64,000 nt of DNA from Octopus vulgaris (Eukaryota), in contig OX597823.1 of the NCBI GenBank assembly GCA_951406725.2, positions 29,574,001 to 29,638,000 of the forward strand, given 5' to 3'. Each line of letters opens with the position of its first letter. Within the stretch, counting starts at the first letter, position 1. Positions 41,283 through 53,537 of this stretch are shown piece by piece. Under the pieces are notes generated by a model. It did not search any database, had not been told where the DNA came from, and was given only the letters and a program-made list of their open reading frames with translations. The position numbers were made by a program, and so were the translations under genes.

Positions 41283-43139
41283 AACAACAAACAAGATGAG
41301 GACAAATATCCGTTAAGTGTAAATAATGTACATAATTCCTCATCTCTTAAATATAGAACTGCCGAAACAACTTGGTTACAAAGCGAACCAGCTAACTTCA
41401 CAGACATCTTATTCTGTCGTGGATCTTTAATCTGGTCGACTTACCGCCCAGGAAAACAACTGAGGTCTCGCAGTTCATTCTGTTTTCAAAATCTTTAACT
41501 CGAGTTAAAATTCCTAGGAACAGCTATAGTTTCTGGTCACAGAAGAAGAAAAGAAAAGAATCCTTGTCTAATATTTTTTCTAAATTATGGCGGCGAGCTG
41601 GCAGAAACGTTAGCACGCCGGGCAAAATGCTTATAAGGTATTTCGTCAGTCTTTATGCTCTGAGTTCAAATTCCGCCGAGATCGACTTTGCCTTTCATCT
41701 TTTCGGGGTTGATAAATTAAGTACCAGTTGCATACTGGAGTCGATTTAATCGACTGGCCCCCTCCCAAAAATGTCAGTCCATGTGCCTAGAGTAGAAAAG
41801 AATAAATTAGATCTGACATGCCGGGCGAAATGCTTTGCGGTATTTCGTCTGTGTGAGTTGGAATTGTATTGTTGCCGAAGTGCATCTGTATAGTAAGTGT
41901 AGATTCTGTTAACTGTTTCGGTTTTGTTGCCTGTTTTATTTGCTGTTAAAATTTGTATAATAGATTTTGTTCGAAAACTATTGTGTGTTTTCCCCTGTAG
42001 GGGAAACACTTATTGCTGGCAGGATGCCAAAAAGTGTGTATTCATCTGACGAGGATTCGACAGATTTAGAGGCCAGAAAAGTGGAAAGAGTATTGTTGGA
42101 AGATGTGTCGGATTCGTCTGAGAGCGAATTCCCACCACTGTCGAGGACTGACGTTGCAAGGTAGAGTGTCGAAGTGAAGACTTCAATCGGGGGGGGGTCG
42201 ATTAAATAAGTACCAGTTACGAACTGGGGTCGATGTAATCGACTTAATCCCGTTATCTGTCCTTGTTTGTCCCCTCTATGTTTAGTCCCTGTGGGCAATA
42301 AAGAAGTAAATATTTTCTTTAAATTTCTACATTTTAATTCATGCTATAAATTTTCTTTCTCCCGTTTTGTTGCTGTCGTTGTTGTTGTTGTTGTTGTCGT
42401 CGTCGTCAGAACTGCAGTGAAATCTAAAAGCTTTTGTTTTGAGTTCGTTATGTAGAAAGAAGCCGACGTCCTTTTGTTATATTCTGTCATTTACAGACGT
42501 CTACTTACGCCTCGTGCCATTTTTCTTAGTGGTGACTGGATCATCACTAAATGTTAAAAATTGTTTTTCTTTGTTCATCCCAACAAACTTTAGTCATCCA
42601 AATGGACTATAGGACAAAGAATAGAATGTTTCTAATACAGCGTTAGGTGATTTACATGTTGTCTGCGTTTTGTTCACATTATAAATGACAGACGTGGATG
42701 AGCACAAAGCAATACGTTATAGGCAGTTTTCTTTACAACAGTTACCAAACGTGTCGCTGGCAAAAGATTTTTAGAAATACATGCATTTACAAGATTGATG
42801 TAAGACAGAAAAACCGAACAGAACTGCCAACGGAAATCGAATTCATATAACAATAACATTAATATAATTCCTTCTCCGACTTGTAACTTCACTATTCCCA
42901 CTATCCACCCTTAACTGTGTTGTCTTTCGCTAGTTCTAATCTCTTGCGTTAAAGCTCAGTCTATCAATGACAGCAACCCCAGGACGTATATTCCCTTCAT
43001 CAAGAATTGCTTTATAAATCAATTTATAAACATATTCGAACATTTTAGAAACATGAAAATTTGCCACAAGCCACTTTGAATACATCTGGGTTTTGGAAAA
43101 AACAAGATCTACGACGTTAATAGTTCAATGATTGGTCTT

Positions 43140-43722
43140 TATCATCCACCCTGAAAGGATGAAAGGCAAAGTCAACCTCGGAGGAATTTGAACTCATAAC
43201 GTAAAGACAGACGAAATACCTATTTCTTTACTACCTACAAGGGGCTAAACACAGAGGGAACAAACAAGGATATACAAACGGATTAAGTCGATTATATCGA
43301 CCTCAGTGCGTAAATGGTACTTATTTAATCGACCCCGAAAGGATGAAAGGCAAAGTCAACCTCGGCGGGATTTGAACTCAGAACGTAATGGCAGACAAAA
43401 TACCTATTTCTTTACTACCCACAAGGGGCTAAACACAGAGGGAACAAACAAGGACAGACAAACGGATTAAGTCGATTATATCGACCCCAGTGCGTAACTG
43501 GTACTTATTTAATCGACCCCGAAAGGATGAAAGGCAAAGTCGACCTCGGCGGAATTTGAACTCAGAACGTAATGGTAGACGAAATACCTATTTCTTTACT
43601 ACCCACAAGGGGCCAAACACAGAGAGGACAAACAAGGACCGACAAACGGATTAAGTCGTTTACATCGACCCCAGTGCGTAACTGGTACTTATTTAATCGA
43701 CCCCGAAAGGATAAAAGGCAAA
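43140..43722 (-). repeat. Tandem array of ~184-bp SINE B units (about 3)
   Basis: Recurring CAGACGAAATACCTATTTCTTTACTACC junction. Confidence 0.85.
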
Positions 43723-43754
43723 GCTGCTGTACTAATCGAAAACTTCCGATTAAA

Positions 43755-44160
43755 TGTGCGTGTAAGTAAGAAGTTTTCGGGTCCAGTTCCACTGCGCGGC
43801 ACCTTGGGCAGGTGTTTTTTTTTTACTATAGTCCGGTCTGATCAATGTCCAGTATGTGAATTGGGTTGACGAAAACTGTGTGGAAACCCGTCGCATATCT
43901 GTGTGTGTGTGTGTGTGTGCGCGCTCGCATGCGTGCGTGCGTGAATGTGTGTGTGTGTGTCTGTGTGTGTGTGACTTTATCACTTGACAACTGGTGCTGG
44001 TTTCTTTACGTCTCCGTAAAAGTCGCAGTTCAGCAAAAGAGACTGATAGAGTAAGTACCAGACGTTAAGAAACAATAATTACTGAGACCTTGTTCGACTG
44101 GACCCTTCCCGGCAGTGCCCCATCATGGCCGCAGTACAATGACTGAAAGAAGTAAAATGA
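43755..44160 (+). mobile_element. SINE family A, diverged copy
   Basis: CACCTTGGGCAGGTGT and CATGGCCGCAGT..ATGACTGAAA landmarks. Confidence 0.65.
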
Positions 44161-44839
44161 TATTTGAAGATGACAACCTTCTGACATTTGACCCATAACT
44201 GAAGCCCTTAAGTACTACAACACCGGCTAGAGCAGACCTAGGAGAGGTGACTAAAGGGTAAACACTTCCATACTTCCCCAAACATCTGGGCTCCCGAACT
44301 GGACCCTCCCTACCGAATACTGTGTAATATCTTGGCCAGGACATACCTTTAAATATTCTTTTCGGTGCATAAAAAACCCGCCTTATTTTTTAGCGATGCA
44401 GGGACATGAAGCTTTCTTAGCCTCCCACTAAAGACAAACCGGATCCCTATTTATCTTTTATCTTTAACTTGTTCCCGTCATTTGACTGCGGCCATTCTGG
44501 GGCATCGGATAACCGGCCTTACGAGTACTAGGGTTCAAGAACAAAAGATTTAAAACAGATTGTAATGCCAAGAGTACAAAGCAATAGACATTAGTACAGC
44601 AGCTCTTCAACTAATGAGTTATAATTAAAATTTCAGCAAAAATTTAAGTCAAGAGGCACAACTTGACAGGAAAAGAGAAAAGAAAAAAATTCTTAAATGG
44701 TTGTATTTAGAAAAAGCCACTCTTAAAAACCAACTTAGAAGTATTATATTTATCTCGAATACAAGGAGGTATTTTGACTTTGCAATAAGAAAACTAAAAA
44801 TATATCATCTAGAAATGCAAAAATATTTAATAAAAAATC

Positions 44840-45225
44840 GTGGCACTTCGTCGGTTGCGACGACGAGGGTTCCAGTTGATCCGATCAACGGAACAGCCTG
44901 CTCGTGAAATTAACGTATAAGTGGCTGAGCATTCCACAGACACGTGTACCCTTAACGTAGTTCTCGGAGAGATTCAGCGTGATGCAGAGTGGGACAAGGC
45001 TGGTCCTTTGAAATACAGGTACAACAGAAACAGAAAGAAAGAGTGAGAGAAAGTTGTGGTGAAAGAGTACAGTAGGCTTCGCCCCCCCCCCCGCCCCCCT
45101 GACGGAGCCTCGTTGAGCCTTAAGTGTTTTCTCTCAATAAATACTAACAACACCTGGTCTTGGAATCGAAACTGCGATCCTATGACCGCAAGTCCGCTGC
45201 CCTAACCATTGGGTCATTGCGCCTT
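44840..45225 (-). mobile_element. Third tRNA-derived SINE family
   Basis: Minus-strand tRNA-like head (GGCGCAATGACCCAATGGTTAGGGCAGCGGAC..TTCGATTCC). Tail shared with 51490-51770 (-) and 52370-52640 (+). Confidence 0.7.
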
Positions 45226-45745
45226 CGCAATAAAAAAAAATTAGACGGAAACCAATACAAAGAACCAGCAAACATGAACAAAACTATAAAAAAAAAATAA
45301 TAATAATAAAACGATTTTCTGTCTTGAAGGAAGCCAGAAAAATATGAAACTCAAGTTCAATTGACAGACTGTTATGAATACATGAAAAATAAGAGAAAAT
45401 GTGAGAAAGATAAAAATAAAAATTAAAAACAGGAATACGAAATGTCTTGGAACGATGACAGGAGGAACCCTTACAGCAGAGGGAAAAAGCAAATCATTGG
45501 TAATAACCCTTTCTGCTGTATGCACAAGGTCTGAAATTTTGCGGGGAGGCGAGGAAGGCTTTGCGATTACTACGAACCCAGTACACAGCTGGTTCTTATT
45601 TTATCAACTTCGAAAGGTAAAGTCGATCTCGGCAGTATTTGAACTCAGAACGTAAAAACCAGCAAAAATACTTCTTTGTATTTCGTCCCATCTACTAACG
45701 ATTCTGCCATTTCGCTGCTTCGGTGATAATAAGCTAAAAGATTGT

Positions 45746-46550
45746 GTAGCGGCAGACGAAATACCTATTTCTTTACTACCCACAAGGGGCTAAACACAGA
45801 GAGGACAAACAAGGACATACAAACGGATTAAGTCGATTATATCGACCCCAGTGCGCAACTGGTACTTAATTTATCGACCCTGAAAGGATGAAAGGCAAAG
45901 TCGACCTCGGCGGAATTTGAACTCTGAACGTAGCGGCAGACGAAATACCTATTTCTTTACTACCCACAAGGGGCTAAACATAGAGAGGACAAACAAGGAC
46001 AGACAAATGGATTAAGCCGATTATATCAACCCCAGTGCGCAACTGGTACTTAATTTATCGACCCTGAAAGGATGAAAGGCAAAGTCGACCTCGGCGGAAT
46101 TTGAACTCTGAACGTAACGGCAGACGAAATATTTATTTCTTTACTACCCAGAAGGGGCTAAACATAGAGACGACAAACAAGGACATACAAATAGATTAAG
46201 TCGATTATATCGACCCCAGTGCGTAACTGGTACTTATTTAATTGACCCCGAAATGATGAAAGGCAAAGTCGACCTCGGCGGAATTTGAACTCGGAACGTA
46301 ACGGCAGACGAAATATCTATTTCTTTACTACCCAGAAGGGGCTAAACATAGAGACGACAAACAAGGACATACAAATAGATTAAGTCGATTATATCGACCC
46401 TAGTGCGTAACTGGTACTTATTTAATTGACCCCGAAATGATGAAAGGCAAAGTCGACCTCGGCGGAATTTGAACTCAGAACGTAACGGCAGACGACATAC
46501 CGCTAAGCATCTCGCTTGACGTGCCAACGATTCTGCCAGCTCGCCGCCTT
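45746..46550 (-). repeat. Tandem array of 184-bp SINE B units (4 units plus one head)
   Basis: Same landmark at 45746, 45930, 46114, 46298, 46482. Confidence 0.9.
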
Positions 46551-46907
46551 AGTATAATGTAATATAGCGCTTATGCAATTGACTCAAGATACTACAGTAC
46601 GCCCTAAACAACAACGTGATCAGCGGCGGCAGCAACAGCAGCAGCAACAACACCACCAGCAGCAGTAGCAGCAACTCATACAATTCCTGTTGTACAGAAT
46701 TGATACTCAATAACATAGCACAACCCACACAATCCATTCACTACCGAACTAAATTTATTGGCTTTAAATTCTGGCACAAAGCCAACAGTTTCGGGTGCGG
46801 TGAGTAAGCAAGTCGATTAAGCCGATCCCAGTGCTCAACTGCTACTTATTTTATCGACCCCGAATTGATGAAAGGCAAAGTCAACCCCGGCGACATTTGA
46901 GCTCAGG

Positions 46908-47330
46908 ACGAAATGTTTAGCGGTATTTCGTCTGCCGCTACGTTCTGAGTTCAAATTCAGCCGAGGTCGACTTTGCCTTTCATCCTTTCGGGGTCGATTA
47001 AATAAGTACCATTTACGCACTGGGGTCGATATAATCGACTTAATCCGTTTGTCTGTCCTTGTTTGTCCTCTCTGTGTCTAGCTCCTTGTGGGTAGTAAAG
47101 AAATAGGTATTTCGTCTGCCGCTACGTTCTGATTTTAAATTCCGCCGAGGTCGACTTTGCCTGTCATCCTTTGGGGGTCGATTAAATAAGTACCAGTTAC
47201 GCACTGGGGTCGATATAATCGACTTAATCCGTTTGTCTGTCCTTGTTTGCCCTCTCTGTGTTTAGCCTCTTGTGGGTAGTAAAGAAATAGAAATAGGTAT
47301 TTCGTCTGCCGCTACGTTCTGAGTTCAAAT
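46908..47330 (+). repeat. Tandem array of SINE B units (about 2.3), inverted to the 45.7-46.5 kb array
   Basis: Same unit and junction on the + strand. Confidence 0.85.
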
Positions 47331-47639
47331 ACACAGCCACGCAGTCCGGTCAAGTAAACACAAGCGATAAACAATTCATCCTGGGTAGCTGAGCCTTGAT
47401 AGTGGTTGCTGGAGCGTGCTTTTACAGTACAATGCAGAACCTCTGACTGATGGGCAACACGTGTTATTACAGATCAATCCGCGATAAGCTTAACATGATC
47501 CACAATTGTGCGGAGAATCTTATTCCGGACCAGTGATAAACGAGGCTACATCTTTAGGAAAATATGGATTATAAACCACGATAGACAATTAGTTTGTTTC
47601 ATTTAAATATTATAATGTTTTTCTTTTTTTTAAACATGC

Positions 47640-47793
47640 GTAGAGTGGCTGTGTGGTAAGTAGCTTGTCTACCAACCACATGGTTCCGGGTTCAGTCCCA
47701 CGGCGTGGCACCTTGGGCAAGTGTCTTCTACTATAGCCGACCAAAACCTTGTGAGTGGATTTGGTAGACGGAAACTGAAAGAAGCCCGTCGTA

Positions 47794-47831
<38 letters not shown>

Positions 47832-48037
47832 TATGTGTGTTTGTGTGTCTGTGTTTGTCCCCCTAGCATTGCTTGACAACCGATGCTGGTGTGTTTACGT
47901 CCCTGTCACTTAGCGGTTCGGCAAAAGAGACCGATAGAATAAGTACTAGGCTTACAAAGAATAAGTCCCGGAGTCGATTTTGCTCGACTAAAGGCGGTGC
48001 TCCAGCATGGCCGCAGTCAAATGACTGAAACAAGTAA

Positions 48038-48045
<8 letters not shown>
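47640..48045 (+). mobile_element. SINE family A copy
   Basis: Near-identical to 31117-31527; (GAAA)n tail. Confidence 0.85.
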
Positions 48046-48073
<28 letters not shown>

Positions 48074-48704
48074 AATGCGTAGTTGAGTGTTTATAAAACA
48101 CCGTTTGGTAAAAGGCAGCGCTGAGCTAGAAAACTCTGAGAACCTCCAGCATAGAATATATAGTGTGTGAGTTGTATTATTTTATTTGGAGTAATTGTAT
48201 TAATTGTAAGTTGTGTACTGTGTGACTTGGCTTTTGAATCAAGAGTTGCGTAGGATGTGGACTTCACTAAACAAAGCTATCTTTTTTTAAATGTCTGTTA
48301 AGTTGAATGTGTGTTTTTGAATATATATATATATATATTCATGTTTCTGTTGTATTTCTCTATCATATCTACTTTCCCAATTGTTATGGGTGCAATTTTC
48401 AATTCCATATCACACATCCGGTTTCTTTCAATTTTCAAGATCTTTGTTCTTGGATAGATTTTCGACTTATTTCCGGGTTCTGTTTTTTGGCCAGAACTAA
48501 TTGTTATGTCTATCAGAGCAGAGAGATTAAGCACAGCGGAAAAAAAAATGCTTAGCGGCATTTCTTCCGGCATTACATTCTGACTTCACATTCCGCTGGG
48601 GTTAACTTTGCCTTTCGTTCCAGGGGCGATGGTAGGGTTAAGGAAGTAAAGTACCAATCAAATATTTGAGTTGCTAAATTGCTGGCCTTGTGCCAAAATC
48701 ATCA

Positions 48705-48768
<64 letters not shown>

Positions 48769-49635
48769 CATCATCATTATTATCATCCCACATACGCACA
48801 AAATATTAAACTGTTGGAAAGGAAAAATTCCTAACATCGGGTTACAATATGTAAACTTAGATAAAAAGAACCTTCCTAAGTATCCTAAATGCCCCTAATA
48901 ACACTATTTTCTGGAGCGGCACAAAATTAGATTTTATGCCTATTTCCTCTGTCGATCTGTTCAAATCTTTAGAGATAGTTCCTAATGTACCGATAACTAC
49001 GGGGATACATGTTAATTATTTCTTCTCCCCTCTCTTCTCTGTCTCTATCTTCAATCTTCCCCTCCTTCTTCTTCTTCTTATTATTATTATTGAGTGAGAG
49101 AGCAGTGCATATCATCAAATTCCCACTGGGGTACAAATATACGAAGCCCAGTATACCCAACATGACTCGTCTGATAAGGGTACACCAGGAACATGCATCA
49201 CAACCATATGTGTGCAACATGGTGATTTTATATCAAGATAAACAGCACATGATCTTGCAGATGGGGCCCAGTTAGAATTTTCTTCTGGTCGAGTAGCCCA
49301 TACGGCTCAAAAGGTCCCTGAATAAGGTTTGTTTAAGGATGTTGAACGAACCACTCATGTTTCCAAAGCTGAATTATCCAAACCCCAAAGAATCCCTCTC
49401 AACACATGGATATGATGCTCCCCAACTACTTCTGCTCATGATCAGAGATGCACATATCGTCAGCCACTAAGGGACATGGTCAACTGCTTAAGATCAAACA
49501 ACTGACAGGCAAATCTGTGGTATTGAGCAGAATATTTGCTGTAGCCCATCTTTTATTCGAAGAAAAAACAATGTACATGATAACACTTCCAATCAGTTAA
49601 GATGAGAAGCCGTGAGAGCCATTGCTTGGTACTGC

Positions 49636-49678
<43 letters not shown>

Positions 49679-49730
49679 GTCATCGTCGTCGTCGTCGTCG
49701 TCATCATCATCATCATCATTATTATTATCA

Positions 49731-49795
<65 letters not shown>

Positions 49796-50012
49796 TAAGG
49801 TGTCGAGCTGGCAGAAACTTTAGCACGCCGGACGAAATTCTTAGCGGTATTTCGTCTGCCGTTATGGTCTGAGTTCAAATTCCGCCGAGGTCGACTTTGC
49901 CTTTTATTCTTTCGGGGTCGATTAAATAAGTATTAGTTACGCACTGGGGCTGATGTAATCGACTTAATACTCACCCCAAGTGTCTTTGTGTGAAAAAAAT
50001 TGAAATCATCAA

Positions 50013-50061
<49 letters not shown>

Positions 50062-50790
50062 TAGTAGTCATATTTTTATAATGTGCTTTCACTGCACTAC
50101 CACGCGCAGCTCTGTGTGCCTTGGGTATGTGCGGTGGTTTGTTGTAATGCTCTTATTGTTACTGTATTGAGAGTGTTTTGTGTAGGATGTGTGCGGTGCG
50201 TAGTAGTGTTATTTTATGTATGTTATATACACTTGTTAGTCATGGTGTTTTTGTTATGTATTTGTCTGAATATTTTTTATCATGCCTAATGCGCCTACTA
50301 TGATAGGAACTGTTTCTGTTTTTAGACTCCACATTCGAGTTAACTCTGTTTCCAAGTCTTTGTATTTTGAAAGTTTTTCCATTTCTTTGAGAGAAACGTT
50401 GTCATCTGTTAGTATTGATACACCAATTAGAAAGCATTTTTTTCTTGATGATCTCTGACAACTATATCTGGCCTATTGGCCTTAATTTCTCTCTCTCTGT
50501 GTATTGGTATATCCTATAGTATGGTTACTATCCCATTTTCTATGACCTTTTCTGGCGTGTACTTATACCATATTTTTCTGTTGTTATTCCACAGTGTTGA
50601 CATAGCTTCCAGTGTATATAGGTCCCAACTCTGTCGTGTCTATGAATATATTCCCTGTTAGCCAGGACTGTGCAGCCAGAGACAATACGATTTATTGTTT
50701 CTTGTCAATCTCCACATATTCTGCAGTACTTGTTATGTTTCTTTTCATTATTTTTGGCAATTTCTGGTGGGGTGGCTTTTGTCTTGTGCT
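50062..50790 (-). mobile_element. R4/Dong-clade LINE 3' fragment (CCHC finger plus restriction-like endonuclease)
   Basis: CRIC..ETINRIVSGC..YIHRHDRVG..IKANRPDIVVRD..KEMEKLSKYKDL..VPIIVGALG; flanked by (TAA)n arrays. Confidence 0.85.
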
Positions 50791-50798
50791 GCAATTAT

Positions 50799-50916
<118 letters not shown>

Positions 50917-50919
50917 TCC

Positions 50920-51315
50920 TTTGCACAGCTTCTAAAGCTGGAGGTGTACTATGGTGTCAGCTGTTCACTATCAGTGAACTGAGGCAACACCCCTTATTTT
51001 TCGAGCACCTTCCGGAGTATTCGAGCTGTTCCAAGCAGTGCTGTTTTCTGTAAGTGCTTCACCCTAATTGCAGTCCCTATTTGTTCCATGTACTTCTCAC
51101 TGTTCCCAGGGCTCCAACAATTATTGGTACTACTACCATCTTTTTTATCGACCACAACTACTTAATCTCCCAAACTAACCTGTTATATCTCTAGACTTTT
51201 CTTTGTTCCTTATCGCATGCCTTGTTATCAGCTAGGTATGCTATATCTATGATCCTGCTTAGTTTGCTTTCTTTCTCAATTAAGACTATGTCTGGCTTCC
51301 TATTCTCCGTCTCGT
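50920..51315 (-). mobile_element. Second R4/Dong-clade LINE 3' fragment (different family)
   Basis: NRKPDIVLIEKE..IIDIA..VVPIIVGALGTV..LQKTALLGTARILRKVLE; (TAA)n tail at 50851-50915. Confidence 0.8.
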
Positions 51316-51489
51316 ATTATTACTTAAGTAATCTTATTTTCATTACCAATTTTCACTGCACAACGGAGTAAAGACTTATATGCTGTAAGAATAGGAAATC
51401 TAGAGCAGTGTTAGAAGGAATGAGTACAAATGAATTAATTCTGTTAAATGAGTACAAATGACTTAATTCTGTAATACATCTCAAAAACA

Positions 51490-51770
51490 ATTGGCACCCC
51501 GTCGGTTACGTGAAATTAACGTCCAAGTGAATGAACACTCCACAGACACGTGTGCCCCTAACGTAGTTCTCAGGGAGACTCAGCGTGATTCAGAGTGTGA
51601 CAAGGCTGGTCCCTTTGAAATTACACGTACTGCTCATTTTTGGCAGCTGAGTGGACGGAAGTAACGTGAAATAAAGTGTTTTGCTCATGAACGCGTTGTT
51701 AAGAATCGAACTCACAACCTCACGCTCGTGAGTCGAATATCTCAAAACACTAAGCCACGCACCATCACTA
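51490..51770 (-). mobile_element. SINE related to 44840-45225
   Basis: Shared CGTGAAATTAACGT..CCACAGACACGTGT..AACGTAGTTCTC..ACAAGGCTGGTCC block. Confidence 0.65.
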
Positions 51771-51775
51771 ACATA

Positions 51776-51863
51776 CAGTAACCCCTCGACTATCGCGGGT
51801 GTTACGCTCCAAAATCCCCCCGCGATAAGTGAAAATCTGCGAAGTAGAAACAGTTCTGTACTG
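51776..51863 (+). mobile_element. Tc1/pogo-type MITE end
   Basis: TA|CAGTAACCCCTCG start and internal hairpin TATCGCGGG...CCCGCGATA. Confidence 0.5.
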
Positions 51864-51898
51864 TACAGTTCTTCTGTTATTTTCGTAATTTGTATATA

Positions 51899-52296
51899 GG
51901 CGTAGGAGTGGCTGTGTGGTAAGTAGCTTGTTTACCAACCACATGGTTCCGGGTTCAGTCCCACTGCGTGGCACCTTGGGCAAGTGTCTTCTACTATAGC
52001 CTCGGGCCGACCAAAGCCTTGTGAGTGGATTTGGTAGACGGAAACTGAAAGAAGCCCGTCGTATATATGTATATATATATATATGCATATGTGTGTTTGT
52101 GTCCGTGTTTGTCCCCCTAGCATTGCTTGACAACCGATGCTGGTGTGTTTATGTCCCCGTCACTTAGCGGTTCGGCAAAACGGACCGATAGAACAAGTAC
52201 TGGGCTTACAAAGAATAAGTGCCGGGGTCGAGTTGCTCGATTAAAGGCGGTGCTCCAGCATGGCCGCAGTGAAATGACTGAAACAAGTAAAAGAGT
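51899..52296 (+). mobile_element. SINE family A copy
   Basis: Full-length match to family A. Confidence 0.85.
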
Positions 52297-52731
52297 ATTG
52301 GTTTGGCCGAATAATCATAAAAAGTTCACTCTGCAATCACATAATTGATCCCACCCCATGGCATTTTGGGGAAACGTCATTTTCCTTGGCCTCGGGTCGA
52401 TCCATGCCTTACCAGTGAAACTGAGTCAACAGAAACTATACAGAGGGTTGTCAGTTGGATTGTCCCTGGAATTTCAAGTACCAGTTTTGTTACATGTTAA
52501 GTCACACTGAATCTGCCCGAGAATTGCATTAAGGCTAGGGTACATATGTGTGCGGAATACTCAGCTACTTATACGCTACACTAAGAGCAGATAATTCAGT
52601 TGATCGAACTAGTGAACCCTCATCGTCGAAAGTGACGAAGATCAATTCAAATATACTTGCATATATTTCAGGCCTCTGCAAGTCTCGTAAGATCAATGAT
52701 CTGCTCCTGGGATGTTCTTCATCAAGTTGTA

Positions 52732-52785
<54 letters not shown>

Positions 52786-52991
52786 GAAGCCGGTGAGTGA
52801 GCTGGCAAAATTGTTGGCACACCGGGCGTAATGCTTCTGTCGCTACATTCTGAGTTCAAATTCCGCCGAGATCGTCTTTGCCTTTCATCCTTTCGGGTTT
52901 GATAAATTAAGTACCGGTTGCGTACCAGGGACGATCTAATCGACTGGCTTCCTCCCCCAAAATTTCGGATATTGTGCCTAGAGTAGAAAAG

Positions 52992-53045
<54 letters not shown>

Positions 53046-53132
53046 GTTATTATTATTATTATTATTTTTGTTATTATTATTATTATGTTCAACAGATTTT
53101 AAGGTGGCGAGCTGGCAGAACCGTCAGTGCTA

Positions 53133-53537
53133 AGAAAAGGTCACAGAAAATGGGATAGCAACCATACTATGGGATATGCCAATACACACAGAGAGAGAAA
53201 TTAAGGCCAATAGGCCAGATATAGTTGTCAGAGATCATCAAGAAAAAAATGCTTTCTAATTGGTGTATCAATACCAACAGATGACAACGTTTCTCTAAAA
53301 GAAATGGAGAAACTTTCAAAATACAAAGACTTGGAAACAGAGTTAACTCGAATGGGGAATCTAAAAACAGAAACAGTTCCTATCATAGTAGGCGCATTAG
53401 GTATGATAAAATAATATTCAGACAAATACATAACAAAAACACCAGGACTAACAAGTGTATATAACATACATAAAACAGCAGTACTACGCACCGCACACAT
53501 CCTACGCAAAACACTCTCAATACAGTAACAATAAGTA
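53133..53537 (+). mobile_element. R4/Dong fragment, inverted near-copy of 50152-50553
   Basis: Same RPDIVVRDHQEKKCFLIGVSI..KYKDL..VPIIVGALG sequence; lacks 3' UTR and tail. Confidence 0.85.

Larger units (their letters stand above)
41075..41330. mobile_element. Penelope-like inverted repeat, second family
   Basis: About 111-bp inverted arms 41075-41185 and 41220-41330 with a 34-bp spacer and a hammerhead motif in each arm. Confidence 0.7.

Noticed and set aside
42045-42075. CTGACGA as a third hammerhead core
   Set aside because: No stem II followed by GAAA and no closing stems.
45150-45225. tRNA-like sequence (also the heads of SINE A and B)
   Set aside because: SINE heads fused to repeat bodies; no intact cloverleaf seen.
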